NCBI GenBank assembly: GCA_904063045.1 | Contig: CAJFCJ010000010.1 | Coordinates: 1,694,250-1,758,249, forward strand | From: Dimorphilus gyrociliatus | Taxonomy: Eukaryota; Animalia; Annelida | Direction: 5' to 3' | Length of the DNA stretch: 64,000 bases | Part shown: positions 62,208 to 64,000 of the stretch, piece by piece | Layout: every line of letters begins with the position of its first letter | How positions within the stretch are numbered: position 1 is the first letter of the stretch | Notes under the pieces: model-generated | The model's input: the letters and a program-made list of their open reading frames with translations, nothing else | What the model was told of the DNA's origin: nothing | Databases searched by the model: none | Position numbers and translations under genes: made by a program

Positions 62208-63171
62208 TTATACGGCTTCAGCTCCTGACAGTCTTTTGTTTTCTTCAATAAGACGAGTGTTCTCATCTGTTAGTTTTTTAAGATCTTGTTGGTTTTGTTG
62301 TAAAGTGGCTTGTAGTCCTTCCATATCATGATCCATCTCTAAAAACATTTGCTCTAAATCGCTTTCGTTCTTTTTCATAGTTTCTACAAGTTCTTTTTGT
62401 AAAGATATTTCACCTTCCAATTTAGCTATTTGTCCACTTGAAATAATTTTTCCTAAATCTTCGTTTTCTTGCAATAAAACACGGCATTTTGCCATGAGAC
62501 GCTTTCCAGTTTGAGAATCGGCAGTAAACTTAAAGGCATCTAGATCGCGTTGAGCAGATTCCAATTTTTGCTTGGTTGTCGTTAGTTGACTGAAAAAATC
62601 AACAATCAATGGTTTATTTTTGGAATTTTTAACATGAAAGGAAAAAAAGCTTTTGTGATTCTTTTCTATAATTTCACAAACGCACCTTAATAGCGTTTAT
62701 TTCGAAAGAAAATGTTTAATCCAGCGACTATACATGCTTTTTATATTGTCATACTATCTTTTTAAAACGATTTTAAAGTATTAAAGTCATACCAAATACA
62801 ACCTTACGTAATTGCTAAATGATGATTAATTAAAAGCCAAAAATGCATGCTTACCTAGTTAAACGTTGGATAACGAGATTAACTGCTGGATCAAGTAGTG
62901 CTTTTTGTAGATTATTTAAAGTCGAATTTGCATGTGCTTGCTTTAATTCAGCTACCTGTCCTACCAATTCCTGCACCTCCTGTTCCTTACTAGCCAACCG
63001 CATCACAAGTACATTTTCTCGTTGGCTGGCTTCAGGGTTTAAAGTTTCTTTCTTTTTTAGTTCTCCTTCAATTTCAAGAAGTTTATCAATTAACTCCTCC
63101 TTCGACAGAATTTCAAGTTCAGTACGTCGATCATAATTGGCTTTTTTAGACGGAGGCGGTTCGTCATTCAT
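62208..63171 (-). CDS. WTAP: WTAP / Fl(2)d, m6A writer complex regulatory subunit, about 232 aa. Exons 62855-63171, 62208-62589
   Basis: RENVLVMRLASKEQEVQE, LLDPAVNL, AFKFTADSQTGKRLMAKCRVLLQENEDLGK, GQIAKLEGEISLQK and DMEGLQATL. Confidence 0.93.
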
Positions 63172-64000
63172 TTTTACGATTTTATTGAACTGAACAAAAC
63201 AGGGTTGTAATAACAGTATATCGTATCGTCTAAAAATCGAAATCGTTTCAAGTATCGATAATTAAAAAAAAGGCTTTTTTGAAACTTAATATTTAACTGA
63301 ATTTTTAACGTTTATTTTAAAAAAACTTATGACAATTAAGAAAATATGCTATTAAAATGATTAAGGAAATTTATACTAATTAAACATTACACCTTCAATC
63401 AAATTCGAAAATTCCCATAGAAATGGCGGAAAGGGCAAATAATAAACCTTAGTTAAATACATGAAAAATAAACATTACATAGTACTTTATTTTTAGAAAC
63501 AGATAATCTATATATGAACTACCGATATATGTTTTTATAATATCAACATCTATTCTTTTCTCTTTGTTATTATATCTCACATAAGTATTTAAATAATAAA
63601 AGAGAGTCACAATACAAATCGACTAATAATTATTCTTACAGTAATTAACTAGAGAAAAAAACCCAGACATTCTGTGACGTCAATCATAAAATAAAAATAT
63701 AGAGTATAAATTTAGTTGTAAACTGAACATGAAATTTTAATTACTATGATTTTAGTGTTAAATATATTGTCAATGGTATATGGTTTCTCATTTTACTGTT
63801 TATAGAACATACTGAATGCTGTATTTAAGGGAATAACTTTCAAGAGAATAGCTCTTTCCTTTCAATACTATCTATCTTTAACATAGTATTTTTCATTCAA
63901 TAGAAAAATATGAGAAAAGTATTTTCTTACATCTATTTTTACTTATTTATTGTTCAATTCAAATCATTCAGAATATTTCAGTCGAAATTTTATAATACAT

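Noticed and set aside
1-64000. tRNA, rRNA, CRISPR arrays, intact transposases or reverse transcriptases
   Set aside because: None recognised by eye; small structured RNAs could have been missed without tRNAscan/Infernal.

Overview
AT-rich eukaryotic (animal) genomic DNA with short spliceosomal introns and dense gene packing. Protein style (front-end desaturase, CSRNP, neurogenin, Cav-beta) and architecture suggest a compact invertebrate genome, probably lophotrochozoan (e.g. a small annelid); this is inference only. Splicing the exons by hand gives 12 protein-coding genes: UMPS (5'-truncated, +), voltage-gated Ca channel beta subunit CACNB (+), a nucleoredoxin-like thioredoxin-fold protein (-), a Tctex1-domain dynein light chain (-), neurogenin (+), ZGLP1 (+), a Sulfotransfer_3-type sulfotransferase (+), pirin (+), CSRNP (-), a 12-exon FADS-type desaturase (+), ERM/moesin (-) and WTAP (-). 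There is also a two-exon, 80-aa secreted peptide precursor (51710-52879) that the ORF track does not show intact. Top leads: (1) an in-frame 120-nt candidate exon that would give Cav-beta an N-terminal transmembrane anchor; (2) the orphan prohormone-like precursor, which has a PTHrP-like segment; (3) a cluster of HES class-C sites around neurogenin, bracketed by CTCF-like motifs; (4) active-site deviations in UMPS, the nucleoredoxin-like protein, ZGLP1 and pirin. I recognised no tRNA, rRNA, CRISPR array or intact transposase. All exon coordinates were derived by eye from GT-AG sites and reading-frame continuity.
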